Source of the DNA: a virus | Reading direction: 5' to 3' (one strand) | Virus record (IMG/VR): IMGVR_UViG_3300025381_001071 | DNA length: 20,289 nucleotides | Part shown: positions 1-7,368 of the stretch, piece by piece | How the letters are laid out: each line of letters begins with the position of its first letter | Numbering within the stretch: position 1 is the first letter of the stretch | The notes under the pieces: generated by a model | The model's database searches: none | The model's input: the letters and a program-made list of their open reading frames with translations, nothing else | What the model was told of the DNA's origin: nothing | Translations under genes and position numbers: made by a program

Positions 1-33
1 CTGTAGGGCAAGTTGTTTGGCTCGCTCATTCAT
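1..33 (-). CDS. N-terminal fragment (MNERAKQLALQ...) of a third MNER-family phage hypothetical protein, running off the window edge
   Basis: ATG at 33-31 overlaps the TAA of the upstream ORF (TAATG). The start matches the MNERI/MNERA starts of 233..466 and 768..1022. Confidence 0.7.
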   Translation of the reverse strand, partial: MNERAKQLALQ

Positions 34-236
34 TATTTGACTCCAAAATTTGGATAGTATTCCACAACCTGTTTGATAATAACTGAACCATTTGATTCAA
101 CACATCGGCACACACGCCCGGTAGAAGGAAATTTCCTACTTACCCAGTCTGGTTGAACGGTCTCCTGTTCATCAATCTCAAATGACGCATAATACGCCAG
201 CAAATCTTTTTCTTCCGATTCTGTTAGTTTAATCAT
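33..236 (-). CDS. hypothetical phage protein (67 aa)
   Basis: Coupled on both sides (ATGA and TAATG overlaps). C-terminal NFGVK resembles the HFGVE end of its neighbours. Confidence 0.7.
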   Translation of the reverse strand: MIKLTESEEKDLLAYYASFEIDEQETVQPDWVSRKFPSTGRVCRCVESNGSVIIKQVVEYYPNFGVK

Positions 237-466
237 TCTTCAACTCCAAAATGTTCTTTAATCGTTCGCACACATCCATTGGATGCACTACGAACATCAT
301 TCAAACGACTGTCATTGACAATGGCATTAGCACATTCTTTCACAATCAACTCGGCGAACTTTTCTGAAAATTGTAGCAAGCCTTCATATGTCATGGTGTC
401 CCAGGTGTGACTGAATTCGCTATCCAGTGTCTTTCCCATAAGGGCTTTAATTCGTTCGTTCATCAT
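233..466 (-). CDS. MNER...KFAELIVxEC...HFGVE family hypothetical phage protein
   Basis: Downstream of a sigma70 promoter with an AAGGA SD. Paralog of 768..1022. Confidence 0.85.
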   Translation of the reverse strand: MMNERIKALMGKTLDSEFSHTWDTMTYEGLLQFSEKFAELIVKECANAIVNDSRLNDVRSASNGCVRTIKEHFGVEE

Positions 467-493
467 ATCAATGTTCCTTGTTGCGATGTATGT

Positions 494-522
494 ATTATAC
501 TGCCGTTTGGGTTAAAAGTCAA
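494..522 (-). promoter_or_regulatory. sigma70-type promoter TTGACT-N17-TATAAT
   Basis: Read directly, intergenic, upstream of ORF 233..466. Confidence 0.8.
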
Positions 523-528
523 CCGATT

Positions 529-771
529 TCAACTCCATCTTAACACAAATAACATAGCCATTTTTTCATCGGGTATAGTGATAATTCGTGCCCATTTCGA
601 TGGCCCATCGAAATTCGATGGCTTTCTAACACGGTCGTAAAACCAACTATCAGTATCTAACATATTCACTCGCCTAATGTTGTCTAAGGATAGATTACCT
701 TTACCTACATTTGTCCATAACCATTCAATACACTCTTCGGGTAAATCTTGAGGTAATTCAATCTTCATCAT
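529..771 (-). CDS. short hypothetical protein, C-terminal F-x-L-[KR]-W-S family
   Basis: Ends DEKMAMLFVLRWS. ATGA overlap with the upstream gene. Confidence 0.8.
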   Translation of the reverse strand: MMKIELPQDLPEECIEWLWTNVGKGNLSLDNIRRVNMLDTDSWFYDRVRKPSNFDGPSKWARIITIPDEKMAMLFVLRWS

Positions 772-1022
772 TCAACTCCGAAATGTTGTTTAATCTTATC
801 TACAATACCATATGCTACTTTACGGCAATTAAAACATTCAGGTTCATTCCCTAATATGTCCTGATAGTTGTCGCCAATGTCAATACATTCCCTAACAATC
901 AACTCGGCGAACTTGCCTGCAATAACACCTTGAAAATAAGATTTGCCAGCGTGTTCTTTACCAACAGTTTTGTAGGCAAACTCGGTTGCCTCTTCATACA
1001 GTTTTATTGCTCGTTCGTTCAT
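768..1022 (-). CDS. MNER...KFAELIVREC...HFGVE family hypothetical phage protein
   Basis: Paralog of 233..466, sharing a 20-nt exact repeat (895-914 = 342-361). Confidence 0.85.
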   Translation of the reverse strand: MNERAIKLYEEATEFAYKTVGKEHAGKSYFQGVIAGKFAELIVRECIDIGDNYQDILGNEPECFNCRKVAYGIVDKIKQHFGVE

Positions 1023-1144
1023 TTCAGCAACCCCTTATAATATTGATATAATCCCAAAATCTGATTCCAATCACGGCTTGGGCCGCAATTCAAATGCTTT
1101 CGGTAATATTCAACTTGGCTACGGATAAACTCTTGTGTCATCAT
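1019..1144 (-). CDS. small hypothetical protein (41 aa, MMTQEFIRSQVEYYRKHLNCGPSRDWNQILGLYQYYKGLLK), not in ORF track; probably leaderless
   Basis: Fills the gap exactly. ATG lies 7 nt after a consensus -10, and its TGA overlaps the next ATG (ATGA). Confidence 0.75.
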   Translation of the reverse strand: MMTQEFIRSQVEYYRKHLNCGPSRDWNQILGLYQYYKGLLK

Positions 1145-1151
1145 AGTATAT

Positions 1152-1180
1152 ATTATAACAGAGTTCGGGCTGTGTGTCAA
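1152..1180 (-). promoter_or_regulatory. consensus sigma70 promoter TTGACA-N17-TATAAT
   Basis: Perfect consensus read directly. Confidence 0.85.
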
Positions 1181-1386
1181 TTCCAAGATAATCCAAATAA
1201 CACAGCATCTTTACTATTCAGAAATTCTATATATAGATACTGTTCCCAATCTGATCGTTCAAAGGCAAATCTATAATCAGTAATGTTCCGAGCATCTACC
1301 CAATCACGAACCTTACGTTCGTGCCATATATTTTTTTGTATATCACCTTTAGGTCGCGGTATCTTTACGGTGATCCATTCAGTCAT
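1177..1386 (-). CDS. short hypothetical protein, F-x-L-x-W family (probable start MTEWIT at 1386, 69 aa)
   Basis: Ends EFLNSKDAVLFGLSWN. Start revised because the upstream 55-aa gene ends in an ATGACTGA overlap. Confidence 0.75.
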   Translation of the reverse strand: MTEWITVKIPRPKGDIQKNIWHERKVRDWVDARNITDYRFAFERSDWEQYLYIEFLNSKDAVLFGLSWN

Positions 1387-1546
1387 ATTCCGCTGAGTCG
1401 ATTTGATCTTGCCAAAAGGCCCGGGCTTCGGCTTCAGTTTCGAAAGTTTCCAAAACATTCATTCCACCCAAAGGATGTGGGAACCAAACAATCCAAATAT
1501 ATTCAGATTCGTCGTAGGTGCAATATAGTTTAACGGGTTCGCTCAT
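1379..1546 (-). CDS. small hypothetical protein (55 aa, MSEPVKLYCTYDESEYIWIVWFPHPLGGMNVLETFETEAEARAFWQDQIDSAEYD), not in ORF track
   Basis: AAGG SD-like sequence upstream. Fills the gap, has a protein-like acidic composition, and its stop overlaps the next start. Confidence 0.75.
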   Translation of the reverse strand: MSEPVKLYCTYDESEYIWIVWFPHPLGGMNVLETFETEAEARAFWQDQIDSAEYD

Positions 1547-1555
1547 ATACGCCTT

Positions 1556-1774
1556 TTACATAAACTTTAATGTAAACATTGTAGCATATTTTTCGTTATA
1601 GAACAAGAACTTGGTTTGCCGAGGGGCCACGGCTTCGAAGCCGTCATTATTGTACCGAGCAGGGTAGAAAATGTAGTCAAAATCAGCACCCTGTTGCCAA
1701 CCCATACGCCGCAGTTCGCGAACTATTTCCACAACTTCATTGGGCTGTTTGTGTAATAACTTGACCTCGATCAT
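1556..1774 (-). CDS. short hypothetical protein, F-x-L-K-F family (start probably MIEVKL at 1774; alternative 1792)
   Basis: Ends FYNEKYATMFTLKFM. Confidence 0.75.
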   Translation of the reverse strand: MIEVKLLHKQPNEVVEIVRELRRMGWQQGADFDYIFYPARYNNDGFEAVAPRQTKFLFYNEKYATMFTLKFM

Positions 1775-1782
1775 AGAGATAT

Positions 1783-2007
1783 TTAACTCCACCGTAGGAG
1801 GTATTCTGTCAAGGTCGTGTCATCGTATATTGACACGGTCATACCTTTACATTCGGCACTTCGAGTGCTACACCATTCCTCAAGTTCATGGTAGTGTTCA
1901 ATCCAATAATCTATATTAGTCAAAACTATAATGTGACTTTCTTCAAAACCCAGTTCAGGACCATTGACATATTGGAACCTACGAGTTCTATCAAACAGGT
2001 CTTTCAT
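1783..2007 (-). CDS. short hypothetical protein, L-R-W-S family
   Basis: Ends YDDTTLTEYLLRWS. ATGA overlap. Confidence 0.8.
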   Translation of the reverse strand: MKDLFDRTRRFQYVNGPELGFEESHIIVLTNIDYWIEHYHELEEWCSTRSAECKGMTVSIYDDTTLTEYLLRWS

Positions 2008-2291
2008 GAGAACTTTAGAGCCAGCATGGTATATAATCGCTCATGCATGTCATAGGTATCCACAACCTTGTAGTTGTTGGCGGTTTTATGGTCATACCAT
2101 AGATCAGGGTCCTGAGTTTTAATCCAAGGACCGACTCGTGGATTGACCTGAACCGTGTGCCAAGTTTCGCCATCTACTTCTGCTGTGTCTCTAATTTCAA
2201 ACATAGTTCTTATAATGGCCTTGTAGGGAGGCATGACACCATCGTAGGGCCTGCGTCCTGTTATTTGTACAACACCTCTGCCTTTAAACAT
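2004..2291 (-). CDS. short hypothetical protein, L-K-F-S family (probable start MFKGRG at 2291)
   Basis: Ends MHERLYTMLALKFS. A start at 2291 overlaps the upstream stop by 8 nt rather than 95 nt. Confidence 0.7.
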   Translation of the reverse strand: MFKGRGVVQITGRRPYDGVMPPYKAIIRTMFEIRDTAEVDGETWHTVQVNPRVGPWIKTQDPDLWYDHKTANNYKVVDTYDMHERLYTMLALKFS

Positions 2292-2559
2292 AGTCCGAAT
2301 ACTTGAGTAAGAACATAGTACGCTTCTTTTCATCGTAGAAATCCAAATGGACCATGGTGGTGCGATATTTGGTACCATACCCTACATCTTCCCCACTGGA
2401 GACATCCCTATCATGCCATTCCTCGTGCTCGCGGTCAACAAAGCCGAGGTGTTCCCGCATCTTAGATCGAATCATGGTGACACTTCGAGGATAGTCCTTG
2501 ATCAATCGGTCCATTAGCCTATACCACTTTGCTTTTGTAAGTATGATGGCCTTGCTCAT
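2284..2559 (-). CDS. short hypothetical protein, F-L-L-K-Y-S family
   Basis: Ends LDFYDEKKRTMFLLKYSDYV. ATGA overlap. Confidence 0.8.
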   Translation of the reverse strand: MSKAIILTKAKWYRLMDRLIKDYPRSVTMIRSKMREHLGFVDREHEEWHDRDVSSGEDVGYGTKYRTTMVHLDFYDEKKRTMFLLKYSDYV

Positions 2560-3353
2560 ACTTGCCTTACCCTAACACCGAATCTTTTGTTAAGATAATC
2601 GCCGTGGCCGCTTCCAGTTTTTAGAACCGATTCTGGATCAAATATAGTTTCGTATTCTTTGAATATTTTTAAAGTCTTATCTGTGTAAAACTCCGGTAAG
2701 TATTTTTCAATATAACTTAAACAGGCTTCGGGACTAGGGTGTCCGTCTGTGTATTTTTCCAAGGAAAAATGCAACGGTTGATCCTTAATAGCAAGTTGGT
2801 GTTCCCTTATAGAAAACTTAATATCCATCATATCAAATAAATCATCTATTAACTTAAGACTAGAAGGTTCACTAGTTTCACTTCTATAATAGTTATTGTC
2901 CATGGACGGGATTATTTTGTAAGGGATTTTTTTTGCATCTAATATTGTCTTAATGACTTTAATAGAAGACCATGCTCTATCCACTGCCCAATCACTATTC
3001 CACATAGTATCAACAAATGACTTTAATGTACTATAGTCGGAATCATTGGTATTACGCATCAATACCCATTGTTCAATGTCTCCTTTGGTTAACCAAAAGG
3101 GATCTCTACCCGGATCTGCTTTTAAATATTCAAATCGACCTATACCAGTGACCATGATTAGAACAAAGTCAGTTTCGGGATTGAGCTTAAATTTAATATC
3201 ACAGTCCAAAAATCTACGCATGGTCATATTATTTGATGCACCAGCAGATCCGTAGTTGTAGTATTCATCAAAGTTACCTGCAACTAAGTCAGGTACTGTA
3301 GTCCATATATTTTTACAGAAACTACAACCAAGAGCAAAAAATCTAGTATTCAT
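2556..3353 (-). CDS. SGNH/GDSL-like hydrolase-fold protein
   Basis: FFALGCSF (block I-like), GASN (block II-like), DGHP (block V-like). Tandem paralog of 3353..4186. Confidence 0.6.
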   Translation of the reverse strand: MNTRFFALGCSFCKNIWTTVPDLVAGNFDEYYNYGSAGASNNMTMRRFLDCDIKFKLNPETDFVLIMVTGIGRFEYLKADPGRDPFWLTKGDIEQWVLMRNTNDSDYSTLKSFVDTMWNSDWAVDRAWSSIKVIKTILDAKKIPYKIIPSMDNNYYRSETSEPSSLKLIDDLFDMMDIKFSIREHQLAIKDQPLHFSLEKYTDGHPSPEACLSYIEKYLPEFYTDKTLKIFKEYETIFDPESVLKTGSGHGDYLNKRFGVRVRQV

Positions 3354-4186
3354 TAAATGTGTCTTTTAAAACTTGTAAGGTGTGTTTTTCTTAGATTATC
3401 GAAACATTGTGTTTCGTTGGCTATAGAATCTCTATTCCATGTTGCTTGTATATAATCTAGCATTTCTTTTGATTTATCACTTAACAGGTCCGGCATATAT
3501 TTTTCTACAAACTTATAATGGCATGCCGAGTTAGGATGACTATTTTCAAAGTTTTCTTTGATATAAAACGGGTGTGGACCAAAACTATCTTTTTTTTGAA
3601 ACTCTAGAATAGATTCCTTAACATTTAATGCTGCTCGGATTTCTAATACTTTCCTAAAAGAATTTTTATCCAAATCAAACAGTTTATAATGCTCCATATA
3701 ATGACTATTATCTATGCTAGATATAAATCGATGTTTGATTCCTTTGGCTTCTAATATAGATTTCATAGCATTAACTGCTACCCAAGAAGATTCTACAGCC
3801 CATGTACTGCACCATAGATTTTCGATAAAGTTTAGTTTACTATCAACTGTAGTATCATCGGGAGGAAATGAGCCTTTATCTTTTATTTTATTAGCCTGCT
3901 GTGTATAAGAAAAATAAATCAAATCCCCATTACAATCCCATACATTTTTAGATTTGTTATAAAAACTAAATCTACCAAAACCACTTAATCCGATTAAAAC
4001 AAAATCAGTCTCTGGATTAAAATGAAACTTATGATCTGCTTGGATAAACTTATTCATTATGTAGGTATTACAAGACCCCTGTTCGGCAGCATTGTAATAC
4101 TCATCAAAGTTTACTCCTATGAAATCTGGAGTAGTAGGCCAGCCGCAGTTAAAAAAACTGCAACCAAAAGCAAAAAATCTAGTCAT
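3353..4186 (-). CDS. SGNH/GDSL-like hydrolase-fold protein
   Basis: FFAFGCSF, GSCN and SHP motifs. Shares NFDEYYN, F(x)NPETDFVLI and GRF with the downstream paralog. Confidence 0.6.
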   Translation of the reverse strand: MTRFFAFGCSFFNCGWPTTPDFIGVNFDEYYNAAEQGSCNTYIMNKFIQADHKFHFNPETDFVLIGLSGFGRFSFYNKSKNVWDCNGDLIYFSYTQQANKIKDKGSFPPDDTTVDSKLNFIENLWCSTWAVESSWVAVNAMKSILEAKGIKHRFISSIDNSHYMEHYKLFDLDKNSFRKVLEIRAALNVKESILEFQKKDSFGPHPFYIKENFENSHPNSACHYKFVEKYMPDLLSDKSKEMLDYIQATWNRDSIANETQCFDNLRKTHLTSFKRHI

Positions 4187-4998
4187 ATTTCAAAGGTAAA
4201 GTTAACATCAAATCCATTACCAGCTTCCCACGGAACATACCCACGAGGATTACACACCACACGAGTATCTCCTATCATATAATCCAAGGGATCGTGAACA
4301 TGCCCATGTACCCAAGTTTTGATATTAGGATGATCCAAAATAAAATCACTTAAATCACTAACATAGCCGCCATTCATATGGTAGTCGTGTTTAAACTTTT
4401 CGTTGATACTCAAATAACTCGGACCATGGTGGGTAATAACAACAAATGGTCGATCGAGGTTGGCTTCCAGTGTTTGCTTAAAGTAAGCCAAAGTGTCCTT
4501 ATGAACTCGATGTGTATGATCAGGAGTTAGTTTATGATATAGAGATTTTTCTGGGTAAAAGTTTTGAATAACCTTGTAGTCATTCATACTATCCTTAACG
4601 GTGTATACGGTAATAGGATCGCCACGATTCAAATCAGTCCACAATGTAGCACCCATAAACATAACACCATTGTACTCCACTGCTTGATTTTCTAACAATG
4701 TCACATTAGCAGGCAGAATAGCTTTTAGGTCATTATAGGTCTTATCGAACCTATGACGGTAATGCTCGTGATTACCCATGACCATAAACACTTGATCATA
4801 TTTGGCACATTCAAACTCAAAGAAATCATGGCACCAATAATCTCCCGGTTCTCGATCGATGGTTTTGGTTTCGTGAAACTCGTGTTTCAATGCTCTATAT
4901 TCACAGATATCGCCAGCAAGGATTAATACCTCGCCGCCGGGCATTTCTAAGAATTTAGAAATATCCAAATGTAAATCTGATACTAAATTGATTTTCAT
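4183..4998 (-). CDS. calcineurin-like metallophosphoesterase
   Basis: SDLH, LAGD, GNHE, THH and HGHVH motifs plus NPRGY. Confidence 0.9.
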   Translation of the reverse strand: MKINLVSDLHLDISKFLEMPGGEVLILAGDICEYRALKHEFHETKTIDREPGDYWCHDFFEFECAKYDQVFMVMGNHEHYRHRFDKTYNDLKAILPANVTLLENQAVEYNGVMFMGATLWTDLNRGDPITVYTVKDSMNDYKVIQNFYPEKSLYHKLTPDHTHRVHKDTLAYFKQTLEANLDRPFVVITHHGPSYLSINEKFKHDYHMNGGYVSDLSDFILDHPNIKTWVHGHVHDPLDYMIGDTRVVCNPRGYVPWEAGNGFDVNFTFEI

Positions 4999-5342
4999 TT
5001 TATAGTTCTTTCTATAGTAGATCTATCGCTGTATAGTTTGTGTCCTCGTTCGCGAATCAGTTCTGCTGTTTCCTGTGGATATTCTTCCCATTGTTCATGC
5101 CAAAATACTTCATCTAAACTAGTATCACAATCTATAGCATAAATTTCATAGTTTCGTTGTGGATTAAATCTTGCTCTCATCAACAAATTACGGATAATAC
5201 CATCCATGGGATTAGATACTCTAGGCTTCTCTGCTAGGATACGCATGGTGTTATCACGGTCAATGTGTTCATATTGACTAATGGGCACAATGGATTCTAT
5301 ACCATAGCAGTCCCAAGCAAAGATAAAAGCATTAGTGGTCAT
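4995..5342 (-). CDS. hypothetical phage protein (115 aa), probably leaderless
   Basis: ATG 7 nt after a consensus -10. ATGA coupling to the phosphoesterase. Confidence 0.8.
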   Translation of the reverse strand: MTTNAFIFAWDCYGIESIVPISQYEHIDRDNTMRILAEKPRVSNPMDGIIRNLLMRARFNPQRNYEIYAIDCDTSLDEVFWHEQWEEYPQETAELIRERGHKLYSDRSTIERTIK

Positions 5343-5349
5343 AGTAGTT

Positions 5350-5378
5350 ATTATACATTCATATACTCACTGTGTCAA
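5350..5378 (-). promoter_or_regulatory. consensus sigma70 promoter TTGACA-N17-TATAAT
   Basis: Perfect consensus read directly. Confidence 0.85.
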
Positions 5379-5379
5379 C

Positions 5380-5408
5380 TTGACTTTGAGTAAATATTAT
5401 GCTATAGT
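5380..5408 (+). promoter_or_regulatory. sigma70 promoter TTGACT-N17-TATAGT with TGn extended -10, back-to-back with the minus-strand promoter
   Basis: Read directly. ATG of 5414 lies 5 nt downstream of the -10. Confidence 0.7.
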
Positions 5409-5413
5409 AAGGG

Positions 5414-5692
5414 ATGGAAGAAGACTATCAATTTCAGGATTGGGTTTTGAAAGCACAAGCTGACGGAATCGAACGGGCTAAAAAACGTATAGCTCGAGGT
5501 GAAGATCCTGAACAAGTCTTGGAAACATTTTCCAAAATCATTACCAATAAACTTCTACACCCTATTATACAAGAAATCAAAAACTCGTCTACATTCAATA
5601 AAGAGGAATTTGAACGCAGTCGAGCGGAGTATTTTGAAAAGATGAAAGATATTGGTCCAAAATCAGACCATGTAAAGGATGACAATGAATAA
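5414..5692 (+). CDS. stand-alone glutamyl-tRNA reductase (HemA) C-terminal dimerisation-domain-like protein
   Basis: IERAKKRIARGEDPEQVLETFSKIITNKLLHP matches the recalled proteobacterial HemA C-terminal pattern (LxxGxDPxxVLxxLxxxLTNKxLHxP). No catalytic or NADPH domain. Confidence 0.7.
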   Translation: MEEDYQFQDWVLKAQADGIERAKKRIARGEDPEQVLETFSKIITNKLLHPIIQEIKNSSTFNKEEFERSRAEYFEKMKDIGPKSDHVKDDNE

Positions 5693-6104
5693 GATTAAAA
5701 AAGCACTTTGGTTTAGCTTAGGTATTGTATTTTTAGGCATTGCCTATCTAGGAACTTTTGTTCCGGGATTACCTTGGTCAACACCAGCATTACTTGCTAC
5801 TTGGTGTTTTAGTAAAAGCAGTGAACGGTTTCACAACTACATGCTTAATCACAAGTTGTTTGGACCATTTATCAAGAACTGGCAAAACGGGCGTGTCTTT
5901 CCTACATTGGCCAAATGGGCTATGTTCCTAAGCATGGACTTTAGCCTAGTATTAATCTACTGGCGTACTGGTAACTGGAAACTATGTCTAGGACTAAGTA
6001 TATTCTTTGCCTTGATTATTCTATGGGCCTATAGATTACCCGGAAGTCGAGCAGAAGCTGAACGCAGACTAGCCGCTGGTGAGAAGCTAGGCTGGTTCAA
6101 ATAA
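5679..6104 (+). CDS. ybaN: YbaN/DUF454 family inner-membrane protein
   Basis: LGxxxPGLP-W-STP-ALLA-xxCFSKSSERFHxxxLNHKLFGPFIxNW signature plus hydrophobic helices. Confidence 0.85.
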   Translation: MTMNKIKKALWFSLGIVFLGIAYLGTFVPGLPWSTPALLATWCFSKSSERFHNYMLNHKLFGPFIKNWQNGRVFPTLAKWAMFLSMDFSLVLIYWRTGNWKLCLGLSIFFALIILWAYRLPGSRAEAERRLAAGEKLGWFK

Positions 6105-6314
6105 TCATTCCTCGTCGTCTTCGTCGTCGGGTAATGTAGCGGCAGCAGCTTTGACCAAATAGGCAATCAGCATTTCCAAAGTATCGAGGTCATCCTCTTC
6201 GCCATATACTTTAAATCCTACTTCATTGCCATTCATGACAACATTGTAGGTTCGTTGTTCTAGTTCTAGTTCTACACTAGGTGAAGGAATATAGTTGATT
6301 GGTACTTCTGACAT
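6105..6314 (-). CDS. acidic hypothetical protein (69 aa)
   Basis: Starts 1 nt after the exonuclease stop and abuts the ybaN stop. Confidence 0.7.
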   Translation of the reverse strand: MSEVPINYIPSPSVELELEQRTYNVVMNGNEVGFKVYGEEDDLDTLEMLIAYLVKAAAATLPDDEDDEE

Positions 6315-6315
6315 A

Positions 6316-6846
6316 TTAACGCTCCCTGATTTTCATTTTAGCGTAGATGTTTTGTACACCCACAGCCTGGCGGATAGCATCCTGTAAAGCATCGTGTTTG
6401 GCACCCTGTGGCATATCTGGATCATAGCCCAGGTCAAACAAGGTACGAGTATCACGCAACTGCCAGTAGTTCCACGGCAAGGGTTTGCCTAGCTGGCGAT
6501 AGATGTTTTCGATGATCACAAGGTCAAAGGTAGCACCATGACTCCAGAACGCATCACAGCCCCAAGCAAACTTGTGGAACTGGTCCATGGCATCTACTAG
6601 GCTGATGCGATTGTCAGGACTAAACGCTTCTTCCATGATCGCAGGGTCTTGCTTGCTCCACCACTCGATTGTGTTGGGATCAACTTCACGACCTAGTGCA
6701 TCTTGATCATCGATATTGATACGGAAGTAGAGTTTATCACCATAGCCGTTGCCATAGGGATTGAAGTGTACAGCACCCAAACTGAGTACTGTTGCATTTG
6801 GGGAAACTGCCATAGTTTCCATATCAACCATTAAATGTTTTGCCAT
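6316..6846 (-). CDS. DEDDh 3'-5' exonuclease (Rv2179c/DUF5051/DexA-like)
   Basis: HLMVDMET (ExoI), WSHGATFD (ExoII), RDTRT, HDALQDA (ExoIII). Confidence 0.9.
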   Translation of the reverse strand: MAKHLMVDMETMAVSPNATVLSLGAVHFNPYGNGYGDKLYFRINIDDQDALGREVDPNTIEWWSKQDPAIMEEAFSPDNRISLVDAMDQFHKFAWGCDAFWSHGATFDLVIIENIYRQLGKPLPWNYWQLRDTRTLFDLGYDPDMPQGAKHDALQDAIRQAVGVQNIYAKMKIRER

Positions 6847-6852
6847 GTGTTT

Positions 6853-6881
6853 ATTATACTTTCGTTCTTAGGATTTGTCAA
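6853..6881 (-). promoter_or_regulatory. consensus sigma70 promoter TTGACA-N17-TATAAT (leaderless exonuclease mRNA)
   Basis: Perfect consensus, with ATG 6 nt after the -10. Confidence 0.85.
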
Positions 6882-7368
6882 TTACTACATTTGGAAATTG
6901 AGCAATAATTAGTGGCAATATAGCAGGTGCTTGCTCATCTGTTAAATTACTTAGAATACGATTTAAAAATGCAGGCAGTACTTGGAAATTACTAGGATGG
7001 TTGATCTGTTCTTTGGTCCAACCCATGGTCTTAGCACGAGACCGAGGCACTAGGTGATCTAGTTGTGGTTCGTGCCATTCCCAATCTTCTCCACACTTAA
7101 TTTTGTTCTCGCCTTTACCCCAGTCAAATTTGCGATATACGCCAACACCGTCAGTCCATCCGTCTGGTGCTTTATTGTACATCTCTTGTGCTTCTGCATT
7201 AGTCCAGTGGTATTTGCTTTTGTAGTATCCAAAAATTGCCACACGCTTCAAATCTCGAGTCTTACAGAATTCGTTAAAGATACTCATTGTGTAGTAAGTA
7301 CCTTCGTCAAATCCTTTGTAAGGCTCAAGAGTCGAGATGCTTTCGTTTATAGCAACAAAGTTTTTCAT
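6868..7368 (-). CDS. HNH-type nuclease (GmrD/DUF1524-like motif spacing)
   Basis: LDHLVPRS...INHPSNFQVLPAFLNRILSN beta-beta-alpha-Me pattern. TAATG coupling with the upstream gene. Confidence 0.7.
   Translation of the reverse strand: MKNFVAINESISTLEPYKGFDEGTYYTMSIFNEFCKTRDLKRVAIFGYYKSKYHWTNAEAQEMYNKAPDGWTDGVGVYRKFDWGKGENKIKCGEDWEWHEPQLDHLVPRSRAKTMGWTKEQINHPSNFQVLPAFLNRILSNLTDEQAPAILPLIIAQFPNVVIDKS

Larger units (their letters stand above)
342..914. repeat. 20-nt exact direct repeat ACAATCAACTCGGCGAACTT (342-361 and 895-914) inside MNER paralogs
   Basis: Read directly. Encodes the shared KFAELIV motif. Confidence 0.85.

Noticed and set aside
1387-1458. N-terminal extension of ORF 1177..1458
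   Set aside because: Overlaps a better 55-aa gene (1379..1546) in another frame
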